Positions 1 through 8,507 of a stretch of 32,000 bases of DNA are shown here, piece by piece. This stretch comes from Nitrosopumilus maritimus SCM1 (GTDB lineage Archaea; Thermoproteota; Nitrososphaeria; Nitrososphaerales; Nitrosopumilaceae). The stretch lies in assembly GCF_000018465.1 (NCBI RefSeq), contig NC_010085.1:1200001-1232000 (forward strand). The letters are read 5' to 3'. The notes beneath the pieces were generated by a model, which was not told the origin of the DNA, ran no database searches, and saw only the letters and a list, made by a program, of their open reading frames with translations. Each line of letters starts with the position of its first letter. Within the stretch, counting starts at the first letter, position 1. The position numbers were made by a program, and so were the translations under genes.

Positions 1-1121
1 TCATCAAAGGTCCAATAGTAACCCATGTTGTTTTGAACCCACTCCAGGTATGAGATACATACACCACCAGAGTTGGCCAAGATATCAGGAATAACCAAAA
101 TGTTCTTTTTGTAAATGATTGGGTCTGCTTCAGGTAGTGTTGGACCGTTTGCAGCTTCGGCAATAATTTTACATTTTAGATTTTTAGCAATTTTAGCATC
201 AATTTGATTTTCCAGTGCACCTGGAACTAGTACATCACATTTTGTTGTAAGTAATTCTTCAGTAGAGATTTTTTTGCTACCAGGGAATCCAACTACGCTT
301 CCTTTCTTTTGTTTATGTTCAAGGATTTTGCTAACCTTTGCACCTTTTGGAATTGAGATGGAACCTTTAGAGTCACTGACTGCAATTACTTTTGCACCCA
401 TCTTCTCCAAGTATTCACCTGCAAATGTTGATGCATTACCAAATCCTTGCAAAACAACTTTGGCTCCTTTGAGATTAACTTTCAGTGTCTTTGCAGCTTC
501 TCTAACGGTATATGCTGCACCTAAACCAGTTGCAACATTTCTTGCAAGAGAACCACCCATTGAGATTGGTTTACCAGTAATAACTCCTGGAGAGTATTTG
601 TTTCCGTTTAGTTTGCTAAATGTATCCATGATTTGTGTCATCTCTTTTCCTGTTGTGTAAACATCAGGAGCTGGGATGTCTTTTTCTGGACCAATAACTT
701 CAGAAATTTTATATGCAAATCCACGAGTAAGTCTTTCTAATTCATTTTCACTAAGCTTTTCAGTTTTTGGATTAACGTAAATTCCACCTTTACCGCCACC
801 TAGTGGAACATCAACAATGGCACATTTCCAAGTCATCCAAGATGAGAGTGCCATGACTTCGCGTTCCATGTACTCAACACCACCTTCTGGGTTGAAGTAT
901 CTGATACCGCCTTTGTAAGGACCTCTATCGTTATTGTGTTGACTTCTAAAACCGGTGAAAACTCTAACCTTTCCATTATCCATAGTAACTGGAATTTTTA
1001 CTCTGAGAATTCTATTTGGTATTGCAAGATAATCGCGTATACCTTTGTCTTTAATTCCAAGAATATCACATGCATCATTAACCTGTTTTGTTGCATTTGC
1101 AAAAGGATCATTCTTTACCAA
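1..1121 (-). CDS. gdhA: Glutamate dehydrogenase (Glu/Leu/Phe/Val dehydrogenase family); C-terminus cut by the window edge
   Basis: Not in the supplied ORF track because there is no stop inside the window. My reverse-strand translation reads (TTG)VKNDPFANATKQVNDACDILGIKDKGIRDYLAIPNRILRVKIPVTMDNGKVRVFTGFRSQHNNDRGPYKGGIRYFNPE...AIVDVPLGGGKGG...LQGFGNASTFAGEYLEKMGAKVIAVSDSKG...ANSGGVCISYLEWVQNNMGYYWTFD. It carries the GGGKGG catalytic-Lys motif and the GFGN Rossmann motif. The only in-frame start after the upstream TAA is TTG at 1121-1119. Confidence 0.9.
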   Translation of the reverse strand, partial: MVKNDPFANATKQVNDACDILGIKDKGIRDYLAIPNRILRVKIPVTMDNGKVRVFTGFRSQHNNDRGPYKGGIRYFNPEGGVEYMEREVMALSSWMTWKCAIVDVPLGGGKGGIYVNPKTEKLSENELERLTRGFAYKISEVIGPEKDIPAPDVYTTGKEMTQIMDTFSKLNGNKYSPGVITGKPISMGGSLARNVATGLGAAYTVREAAKTLKVNLKGAKVVLQGFGNASTFAGEYLEKMGAKVIAVSDSKGSISIPKGAKVSKILEHKQKKGSVVGFPGSKKISTEELLTTKCDVLVPGALENQIDAKIAKNLKCKIIAEAANGPTLPEADPIIYKKNILVIPDILANSGGVCISYLEWVQNNMGYYWTFD

Positions 1122-1195
1122 GACGATCGATCTAGGAATATTCCAATTATATAAGTTTGGTTAAAAATTCCTGATCGCATTTCATAAAATGTGAA

Positions 1196-1579
1196 TTAGA
1201 TGTAGACTTTTTTGTGATTCATCTTTCTGTCCAGTTTATCAATTGCCTCATCTAAAGCAGAGATATTCATTTCAAGAAAGTTAGACAAGTGGAATATTGC
1301 ACCATATTTTTCACCAATTTTTGAGACCATGTTGTTTTTCTCAAGTACTTTCATGTGATGTTGTACGGCTTTGTAATCAAGTTCAAGTTCTTGAGATAAT
1401 TGATGAGTGTTGTATGGTTTATCAAGCAAACTCATAATGATTCTAAGTCTTGTAAATCCACCGCGAGTGCTTGTAAACAAGTAAAATAGTAATTTTCTGG
1501 TTTGTTTATCGGGTTTTCTTTGCTCAGATTCTTGTCTAGATCTAAGAATTTCTTTAAACTCTAGTAATTGATTTGTCAT
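1196..1579 (-). CDS. Small winged-helix (ArsR/PadR-like) transcriptional regulator
   Basis: 127-aa ORF. The segment TRLRIIMSLLDKPYNTHQLSQELELDYKAVQHHMKVLEKNNMVSK fits a wHTH recognition-helix pattern. Family-level call only. Confidence 0.65.
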   Translation of the reverse strand: MTNQLLEFKEILRSRQESEQRKPDKQTRKLLFYLFTSTRGGFTRLRIIMSLLDKPYNTHQLSQELELDYKAVQHHMKVLEKNNMVSKIGEKYGAIFHLSNFLEMNISALDEAIDKLDRKMNHKKVYI

Positions 1580-1689
1580 GTTTCTTAAGGAAGATATGCT
1601 CGTTTTGCTTAAAACAGTATTTCCAGATCTTTTCCATATTCAGCCTCGACAATTACCCTTAAATTGACTGAGGATGAACTCGTGATGAT

Positions 1690-2412
1690 ATGATGGCATC
1701 AAAGGGTTATGATATGACCCCTACAATGTATTCTCCAGACGGCAGAATTTACCAAGTCGAATATGCTATTGAGACTGTAAAAAGAGGAACTTTAGCAATT
1801 GGTGTTGCCAGTAAACAAGGAGTCATCATGGCAGTTGAGGAAAAACCTCGCACATTACAAAGTACTGATGTTACACAGAAAATTTTCCAAGTAGATTATC
1901 ACATTGGTGTTGCAGCAGCAGGATACATCCCAGATGCACGTGTTCAAGTTGACAGTGCAAGATTCTTCTCACAGGGAAACAGAATGACCTATGATGAATC
2001 AGTAGAGGTTGCTACAGTTGCAAAACATCTAGCAGACCAAGCTCATCAATTTACACAGTATGGAGGTGTTCGTCCAAATGGTGTTTCAATGATTATTGCA
2101 GGTGTTGACCAGAAAGGTGAATCAATCTATGTAACTGATCCAAGTGGAACATATGTTCAATTTGCAGCAATTGCAATTGGAGCAGGTTCAGATGATGTAA
2201 ATGCATTCTTGGAGAAAAATTACAAAGAAGACATGAGTTTAGAAGATGCAGCAGCATTAGCAATTGCAGCAATTAATCTAAAGGCAGAGGAAAAGGGCGG
2301 AGTCAAAGATATCAAGATGGCAAAGGTTTCAACTGAATCTAAAATCTTTGAAAAAGTATCTGAAGCAGACTTGCAAAATTATTCTCAAAACGCATCAAAG
2401 TTTGTTCCTTAG
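1690..2412 (+). CDS. psmA: Proteasome subunit alpha
   Basis: YSPDGRIYQVEYAIETVKRGT is the hallmark N-terminus of the 20S alpha subunit. Length is 240 aa. Confidence 0.95.
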   Translation: MMASKGYDMTPTMYSPDGRIYQVEYAIETVKRGTLAIGVASKQGVIMAVEEKPRTLQSTDVTQKIFQVDYHIGVAAAGYIPDARVQVDSARFFSQGNRMTYDESVEVATVAKHLADQAHQFTQYGGVRPNGVSMIIAGVDQKGESIYVTDPSGTYVQFAAIAIGAGSDDVNAFLEKNYKEDMSLEDAAALAIAAINLKAEEKGGVKDIKMAKVSTESKIFEKVSEADLQNYSQNASKFVP

Positions 2413-2460
2413 AATCTCAGATTTGAAAGATATTCATTTTAGTGTATGAGATGATAGATA

Positions 2461-3153
2461 ATGGGTTTAGGAAGTAGTTATTGGAGCGAAGTAATCGAAG
2501 TACTTCGAGAAATCATTCCAGTTTATGACAAGGTAAACTCAATCATATCGCTAGGAAAAGATGTAGAACATCGTAACCGTGGAATTTCAAACAGAGTTCT
2601 TCCAGGAAACAAGATACTTGATGCAGGTTCAGGATTTGGTAATATGTCAAAGACTGCGCTAAAACTAACTGATGGAAAGATTTCAGTTACACTTTATGAT
2701 CCTCTGGTTCCAATGTTAAAGAACACTGGAACCCATTTTGAAAAGACACCAGACATGGCAAATGGTGTTTTTGAGCACATTCCATTTAGAGATGAAGAGT
2801 TTGATGCAGTGCTTTGTGGTTATTCATTAAGAGATGCAATAAATTTGAGAATTGCAATATCAGAGATTCACAGAGTCTTGAAAAAAGATGGACGATTTGT
2901 AATTGTAGATTTGGGAAAGCCAGATAGCGGATTCATCAGAGCAGGAGTTGCATTTTATCTCAGATGCATCTTGCCAATTCTTGCATTTAGTGCAGGTGGA
3001 AAACTTGGATTAAAGTTTGGGACACTTTATGGAACTTTCAAAAGATGGCCACAAAACAAAAAGCTTGAAGGTTTACTGTTAGAGAAATTCTCCAGAGTGG
3101 AATTTGAGAAAGATCTTATGGGTGGAGCAATCATGGTTGCTGCATACAAATGA
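2461..3153 (+). CDS. Class I SAM-dependent methyltransferase, UbiE/MenG-like
   Basis: Motif I ILDAGSGFGNMS. The later segments FDAVLCGYSLRD and LKKDGRFVIVD are typical of the UbiE/COQ5 family. It overlaps the next gene by 4 nt (ATGA). Confidence 0.8.
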   Translation: MGLGSSYWSEVIEVLREIIPVYDKVNSIISLGKDVEHRNRGISNRVLPGNKILDAGSGFGNMSKTALKLTDGKISVTLYDPLVPMLKNTGTHFEKTPDMANGVFEHIPFRDEEFDAVLCGYSLRDAINLRIAISEIHRVLKKDGRFVIVDLGKPDSGFIRAGVAFYLRCILPILAFSAGGKLGLKFGTLYGTFKRWPQNKKLEGLLLEKFSRVEFEKDLMGGAIMVAAYK

Positions 3154-4304
3154 ACAAAGTTCTGATTCTAGTAAACATTACAGGTCTGATTATTGGAATT
3201 TCTTATGGACTACACGGACCAATACTTCCAGTCTTTGCAAAAAATGTCATAGGTGCGACATATTCTGAACTTGGATTAATCGGATTAACAAATTTCATTC
3301 CTTACATGTTCATTCCATTGTTTGTCGGAATTCTTCTTGACAGATTCAATAATGGATACTTGCTAGCATTGGGAACTGCAATCAATTCTGCATCAATTTA
3401 CCTTCTATCAATTGCACAATCAGTACCAGAGATTATGGGATTTAGAATTATGACAGGTGTGGCTCATGCATTTTTCTGGCCTCCATGTGAATCAATCATA
3501 TCAAATGAAAGTACAGAGAAAAACAGAGTAAAGAACATCTCGTGGTTTACAATGTTCTTTGTAATTGGGTTCATGGTAGGACCACTACTAGGTACCGTAT
3601 TTTTGGAGGGTCTTGATACAACATACAGAATCCTATTCCAGATTACTGCATTCATTTTAGCAACTGCATTGATTTCATCAATTCTAGTTTCAAGAAAAAG
3701 CGTTAGAAATCATCATGAACATTTTTCATTTTCATCAATCAAAGAGATGAAGAGATTTCCTGAAGTCATAATTTTGTTGCTTTTTTGTACATCATCATTT
3801 GGAATAATTCTGACAATCTATCCAGCATTTCTAAATGACAATGGAATGACAGACACAGACATTTTGTTATTGTTTTTTGTTTTTGGAATTTCACGGGTAA
3901 TTTCACTTGCACTGGCAGGAAAGTTTGCAAGAAAAACTAGTCAGACATTGATTGCAGCAGTATTTGCAGTATCAGCTGGACTGGCAATATCAGTTGTAGC
4001 AGACTCTATCATTACTTTTGGAATTGCACTAGTTCTAATGGGATTTGGATTCAGTATATTCTTCCCGCTAACTTTGGAGATTATTCTAAGCAAGACTAAG
4101 AAAGGAATTTCAGGAAAAATCATAGGAGTATATGAAACAGTCTTTGGAATGGGTTGGGCAATAGGGCCAACACTTGGTGGACCAATATCACAATCACTAG
4201 GAGATGATACACCGTATCTGATATTTTGTGTAATAGGAATTGGGGTAGCACTACTTGCAATCATTACTAGAAAGAAACTAGAGCCACAAAGAGTCTTGGA
4301 TTAG
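3150..4304 (+). CDS. MFS-type transporter
   Basis: 384 aa, about 12 hydrophobic segments, and an LLDRFNNG loop between TM2 and TM3 that resembles the MFS signature. Start is coupled to the upstream methyltransferase. Confidence 0.8.
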   Translation: MNKVLILVNITGLIIGISYGLHGPILPVFAKNVIGATYSELGLIGLTNFIPYMFIPLFVGILLDRFNNGYLLALGTAINSASIYLLSIAQSVPEIMGFRIMTGVAHAFFWPPCESIISNESTEKNRVKNISWFTMFFVIGFMVGPLLGTVFLEGLDTTYRILFQITAFILATALISSILVSRKSVRNHHEHFSFSSIKEMKRFPEVIILLLFCTSSFGIILTIYPAFLNDNGMTDTDILLLFFVFGISRVISLALAGKFARKTSQTLIAAVFAVSAGLAISVVADSIITFGIALVLMGFGFSIFFPLTLEIILSKTKKGISGKIIGVYETVFGMGWAIGPTLGGPISQSLGDDTPYLIFCVIGIGVALLAIITRKKLEPQRVLD

Positions 4305-4615
4305 ATATCCATTGTTCCGCGCTTTTTAGTGCAGATATCAAGAGCATCACAAATATCTGAAACATAGACTTTGCCATCTCCTTTAGTACCAGTACAAGCA
4401 GCACCTGCAATTGCATCAAGGATTTCATCTAGTTTAGGATCATCGACTACACAGACGATTAACACCCTGCTAAAGAAGTCACCAACTAAAGGAGGATCTT
4501 GTGCGCCTTGACCTTGAACTTTGCTAACAGTTACACCGCTAATGCCAACCTTTCTCATTGCATCAATAACTGCATTTTGAGCAGATTCGTTAACTATTGC
4601 TTCAACTTTTTTCAT
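4301..4615 (-). CDS. PII-like signal-transduction protein with a shortened T-loop
   Basis: MKKVEAIV...GISGVTVSKVQGQG...TGTKGDGKVYV matches the GlnB/PII fold motifs, including the B-loop TGxxGDGK. The region equivalent to the T-loop (GQGAQDPPLVGDFFSR) is about 8 residues shorter and lacks the YRGAEY segment. Confidence 0.7.
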   Translation of the reverse strand: MKKVEAIVNESAQNAVIDAMRKVGISGVTVSKVQGQGAQDPPLVGDFFSRVLIVCVVDDPKLDEILDAIAGAACTGTKGDGKVYVSDICDALDICTKKRGTMDI

Positions 4616-4667
4616 ACAGGTAAATAATTTTGAATTTATTTAAATCAATAACTACTTCTCATTCGTG

Positions 4668-4685
4668 ATATTCATGTATGAATAT
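4668..4685. promoter_or_regulatory. 18-bp dyad ATATTCAT-GT-ATGAATAT in the divergent PII-like/tatA intergenic region (candidate operator)
   Basis: Perfect 8-bp arms read directly from the sequence. It lies between two divergent start codons (4615 and 4740). Confidence 0.25.
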
Positions 4686-4739
4686 TCTAGGCATAATTTC
4701 AAACATTACGTTTAATTTCAAATTAGGCCTTTTGAGATC

Positions 4740-5087
4740 ATGATAGATTATTCACTAAATGTAGCAGGTAGTGAATGGATAATCATAATTTTTGTTGCTC
4801 TGGTTTTGATTTTGGGAACAGGAAAGCTTCCTGGTGCTGCAAGAAAGCTTGGAAAAGCAGTCAATGAATACAACAAAGCAAAAAATGACATTCAAGAAAG
4901 TATGAAAGAAGTTACAGAAGAAGCACCAAAGATTTCAGGACCTGTAGAATCAGAGAGACAGAAACTAGAGGTAATTGCAAAATCAATTGGAGTCAAAGTT
5001 GAAGGAAAGACTGATGATGAGTTGCGAAAAATTATTGCAGACAAGATTGGTCAAAAAAAGATAGACGAGTCAGAAAACAATCAGTAA
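4740..5087 (+). CDS. tatA: Sec-independent (Tat) translocase subunit TatA/E-like
   Basis: A single N-terminal TM (WIIIIFVALVLILG) is followed by TGKLPGAARKLGKAVNEYNKAK, the TatA hinge and amphipathic-helix pattern, and then an acidic tail. Confidence 0.75.
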   Translation: MIDYSLNVAGSEWIIIIFVALVLILGTGKLPGAARKLGKAVNEYNKAKNDIQESMKEVTEEAPKISGPVESERQKLEVIAKSIGVKVEGKTDDELRKIIADKIGQKKIDESENNQ

Positions 5088-5864
5088 TTATTTTGATTTT
5101 TTAATTCGATACAGGTCTTTGTCAAGTCGTTTTTTTGCAAATTTGTAATAGTCTGGAACAATTTCAAATCCAAGATATCTTCTACCAAGAGATTTACTTA
5201 CAACTGCAACTTGTCCTGAACCAATAAAAGGATCAAGCACAATGTCTTTTTTCTCACTAGAGTATTCCAAGATTTTTTGAATTAATTCAGAAGGTAGTTT
5301 GGTTGGAGTTTTTTCATCCCCAGTCCAGTATTCTCGTTTGATATCCCACACATCTTCCTTGTCTTTGTAGTGAAGACTGCGACCATCCTTTGTTTTATCT
5401 TCTTTTTTGAACCTAGAAAATGGAAAGAACTTTCTTTTTTTGTCATCTTTGCAGACATAAAGACAATGATAGTGAGATGTGACAAACTTCTTTTTTGTAA
5501 CTACACCAAATTGATACTTCCAGATTATGTGATTAATGGTAACAAATCCAACATCATCCAAGGCTCGTAAAATATCTTTGAGATTATTCCATCCTGAAAA
5601 TACATACATGCTTCCAGAATCCTTTAGGATTCGATAAACTTCAGTCATCCATGAAAATGTAAAGTCATAGTAGTCCTCAGGTTTGATTTCATTATATCCA
5701 GAAAGAACACGAGATGATGTTCTGTTGTAATTTGCTTTTTTTGCCTTGAAATTTATGGCAAATGGTGGATCGGTAATAACCAAGTCAATCTTGTTTTTAG
5801 GAATAGAACTCATTCCATCAATACAATTTTGATTGTAAATTTTGTTAATCTCAATTTTTTTCAT
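5088..5864 (-). CDS. DNA methyltransferase, N4/N6 beta class (motif IV before motif I); orphan, with no adjacent endonuclease
   Basis: VITDPPF (motif IV) lies near the N-terminus and LDPFIGSGQ (motif I, FxGxG) near the C-terminus. The track ORF starts at TTG 5876; the first ATG at 5864 (MKKIEINKIY) is preferred. Its stop abuts the tatA stop with zero spacer. Confidence 0.85.
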   Translation of the reverse strand: MKKIEINKIYNQNCIDGMSSIPKNKIDLVITDPPFAINFKAKKANYNRTSSRVLSGYNEIKPEDYYDFTFSWMTEVYRILKDSGSMYVFSGWNNLKDILRALDDVGFVTINHIIWKYQFGVVTKKKFVTSHYHCLYVCKDDKKRKFFPFSRFKKEDKTKDGRSLHYKDKEDVWDIKREYWTGDEKTPTKLPSELIQKILEYSSEKKDIVLDPFIGSGQVAVVSKSLGRRYLGFEIVPDYYKFAKKRLDKDLYRIKKSK

Positions 5865-5958
5865 TTTTAAATTCAAGACCAGTTCCTAGCATAATAATGT
5901 CATGGGTAAATCCTATGAAGTAACAATAAATCACTAATCGTTTCTTAGCAAATAGATC

Positions 5959-8469
5959 TTGAAACTATCATGTCCAAAATGCAAGTCCAGGATTGAGATC
6001 CAAAAGACTTTCAACAAAAAAATGCACGTCTCATGTAGTGGTTGTGGAATAGAAGATCTCCTAGAGTTCTCAAAGAATGTAGATGAAGTGTTTTTAGAAT
6101 TTCTTTCAAGATATGACAAGGGACTAGTCACAGAGAAAGGACTTTCTGAAGGCCTCAAAGATGAGGGAATTGTCCGTGCTGAAGTTGAAATCAAAAATAT
6201 GATTGGCAAAAACAAGCCAGACAAAATAACTGAAGAGATTCTATATTCCAAAAAAGACTATGTTTCACAATACAAGGTTTTGAGCAATCCTGAGCCTAAA
6301 ATGGGCTGCAAAGTAGAAGATTTGGGACTAGATGAATCAATTACAGAACATCTAAAGGAATTGGAAATAAAACAGTTTTACAAATTCCAAGAAGAGGCAA
6401 TTAGTGAGATTGCATATGGAGAAAATGTAGTAATTGAAGCTCCAACTGCTTCAGGAAAAACAGAAGCCTTTTTGATTCCAGTAATTCAGAGAATAAAAAA
6501 AGATTCCAGCGAAGGTAATGTCTTTGCAATCTTTGTATACCCAACAAAAGCACTTGCACGAGACCAATTCCCTAAAATCAAAAAATTTGTAGAAAAGATT
6601 GGGGTTAGAGTAGAGGTCTTTGATGGAGACACAAAACAAAACGACAGAAGAGAAATAATTGATAATCCACCACAAATTCTTGTTACAAACTTTGATGTAT
6701 TGCACTATCATATGTGGCACCAAACAAAATTCTCATCATTACTAACAACAACAAGAATTATAGTTACAGATGAAGCACATGTCTATTCAGGAATTTTTGG
6801 TTCTAATGTTCACTATATCATAAAGAGACTCAAAAGAGTATGTACAAACAAGCTGCAATTTGTTGCGGCATCAGCTACACTTGAAGATGCAAAAGAATTT
6901 TGTGAAAAATTGTTTGGAGAAAAGATGCAAAAAATTCAAGGGTCAGGAAAGAAAGGCCAGACAGACTTTGCAATGCTTTTCCCATCACTTCGAACTCAAA
7001 GGGCTTTGATGGTAGAACTCACAAAGAAACTAACTGAGAAAAATCACAAGACTATGGTCTTTAACAACTCGCATCTAAATTCCGAACTTTTAGCAATTCA
7101 GGCAAAAAAGCAAAAGGTCAACATCAAAGTTCACAGAGCAGGACTGATGGCAAATTACAGAACATTTGTTGAAAAACAGTTCAAAGATGATTTACTTGAT
7201 GCAATTTCATGCACTCCCACGCTTGAATTAGGCATAGATGTGGGAAATGTTGACTGTGTTATCTCATCTACCATACCAGTAAATCGACTAATCCAAAGAA
7301 TAGGAAGAGCCGCAAGAAAGGGTCAAAGAGGTTATGCATTTTTGGCATTGGGAAATGACCCAATATCACAATATTACAAGAATCATCCAGATGACTATTT
7401 TGAGGATACTGAAAAAACCTACATCGATCCCAAGAATCCATTTGTAGAAGAGTTCCAGGTATTAGCAATGGCATGTGATAGACCAATCTCAAAACATGAG
7501 CTTAAAGAACATCAAGAAGTAATAGAGCACCACATCATCAAAGAGAATCTAAAAGAATTCAACAATAGAATAATTCCAAATTTTGACAAGATCAATTCTT
7601 TACTCAATGAATACAGTATTAGAGGAATAGGACAATCAATTGATATTTTCTTAAATGGTAAAAAAGTAGGAGATAGAATTTTACCAATTGCATTAGAGGA
7701 GTTACACAAAGATGCAATCTATTTTCTTGCAGGTATTCGTTATAAAGTAAAAGAGTTTGATTATCCAGAAAAAAACTATGCAAAGATTGAGAAAATTCCA
7801 AGAGATTATCCATACTATACTAAAGCACTAACTGAAGAATGGCCTACAATTGAGACAGTTTTTGATAAAAGGATTGCAAACGGAGTTGAAGTTGCATTTT
7901 GTAAACTACACATTGAGAAAAAAGTATACGGCTATGTCAACATTGAGCTTGGACAAGAAGTAACACAAGGAGAAAAAGTTCTGCTAGATACACCTCTAGA
8001 ATATGATTTTGTTACAAAGGGGATTGTCTTTCATGCACCTAGACCTCTCAAAGTAATGGGAGAATCTGAAGATGAGGAATATACTGAAGCCAGCGGATAC
8101 CATGCAACAGAGCATGTAGTGATTGAGGGAAGCAATATGATTACTGGTGGAGTCTCTCAGGATTTGGGAGGCATATCACTGGGAACATCAGGCTTGATTT
8201 TCATCTATGATGGGGCAATTGGAGGAAGTGGGGCAAGCAAAGCTCTCTATGATAGATTTGAGCAGGCACTGGAGAGAAGCATGTTCATTGTAAAGGAATG
8301 TCCATGCAAAAATGAAGCCGGATGTCCAAGATGTACATTCTCATACAGATGTGGAAACAACAACGAATATCTGCACAAATATTCAGCACTAGAGATTTTG
8401 GAGAGAATTAACAAAGGAGAGAAAACAGAACTAGTTGATCCAACTGAAGGTGACAGACCTCTAGTATAA
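5959..8469 (+). CDS. DExH-box helicase with N-terminal zinc ribbon and C-terminal DUF1998/MrfA-type Zn-binding domain (YprA/MrfA/Hrq1/Hel112-like)
   Basis: Walker A APTASGKTEAF, DEAH box VTDEAHVYSG, SAT, and motif VI QRIGRAARKG. The C-terminus has HATEHVV and CPCKNEAGCPRCTFSYRCGNNNEYLHK, the four-Cys DUF1998 signature. The TTG start at 5959 is supported because it preserves the first CxxC of the N-terminal ribbon (CPKC...CSGC). Confidence 0.85.
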   Translation: MKLSCPKCKSRIEIQKTFNKKMHVSCSGCGIEDLLEFSKNVDEVFLEFLSRYDKGLVTEKGLSEGLKDEGIVRAEVEIKNMIGKNKPDKITEEILYSKKDYVSQYKVLSNPEPKMGCKVEDLGLDESITEHLKELEIKQFYKFQEEAISEIAYGENVVIEAPTASGKTEAFLIPVIQRIKKDSSEGNVFAIFVYPTKALARDQFPKIKKFVEKIGVRVEVFDGDTKQNDRREIIDNPPQILVTNFDVLHYHMWHQTKFSSLLTTTRIIVTDEAHVYSGIFGSNVHYIIKRLKRVCTNKLQFVAASATLEDAKEFCEKLFGEKMQKIQGSGKKGQTDFAMLFPSLRTQRALMVELTKKLTEKNHKTMVFNNSHLNSELLAIQAKKQKVNIKVHRAGLMANYRTFVEKQFKDDLLDAISCTPTLELGIDVGNVDCVISSTIPVNRLIQRIGRAARKGQRGYAFLALGNDPISQYYKNHPDDYFEDTEKTYIDPKNPFVEEFQVLAMACDRPISKHELKEHQEVIEHHIIKENLKEFNNRIIPNFDKINSLLNEYSIRGIGQSIDIFLNGKKVGDRILPIALEELHKDAIYFLAGIRYKVKEFDYPEKNYAKIEKIPRDYPYYTKALTEEWPTIETVFDKRIANGVEVAFCKLHIEKKVYGYVNIELGQEVTQGEKVLLDTPLEYDFVTKGIVFHAPRPLKVMGESEDEEYTEASGYHATEHVVIEGSNMITGGVSQDLGGISLGTSGLIFIYDGAIGGSGASKALYDRFEQALERSMFIVKECPCKNEAGCPRCTFSYRCGNNNEYLHKYSALEILERINKGEKTELVDPTEGDRPLV

Positions 8470-8507
8470 TCAAAATGGGATAAATATAACAAAAATTTAG
8501 AGACATT

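Noticed and set aside
274-1154. Plus-strand ORFs 274-660 and 936-1154 from the track
   Set aside because: They are antisense to a well-supported glutamate dehydrogenase frame. Their composition is low-complexity and hydrophobic, typical of shadow ORFs.
3464-4264. Minus-strand ORFs 3464-3655 and 3941-4264
   Set aside because: They lie entirely inside the MFS transporter gene on the opposite strand and have no motifs, so they are shadow ORFs. The same reasoning applies to 5282-5485, 5370-5570, 5934-6251, 6451-6723, 7268-7813, 8247-8703, 9976-10185, 13106-13294, 13828-14031, 15339-15539, 16006-16230, 16449-16670, 17389-17583, 18578-18802, 19324-19605, 19838-20224, 22224-22626, 23190-23402, 24097-24396, 25661-25855, 26448-26663, 27450-27692, 29144-29332, 29360-29908 and 30933-31379.
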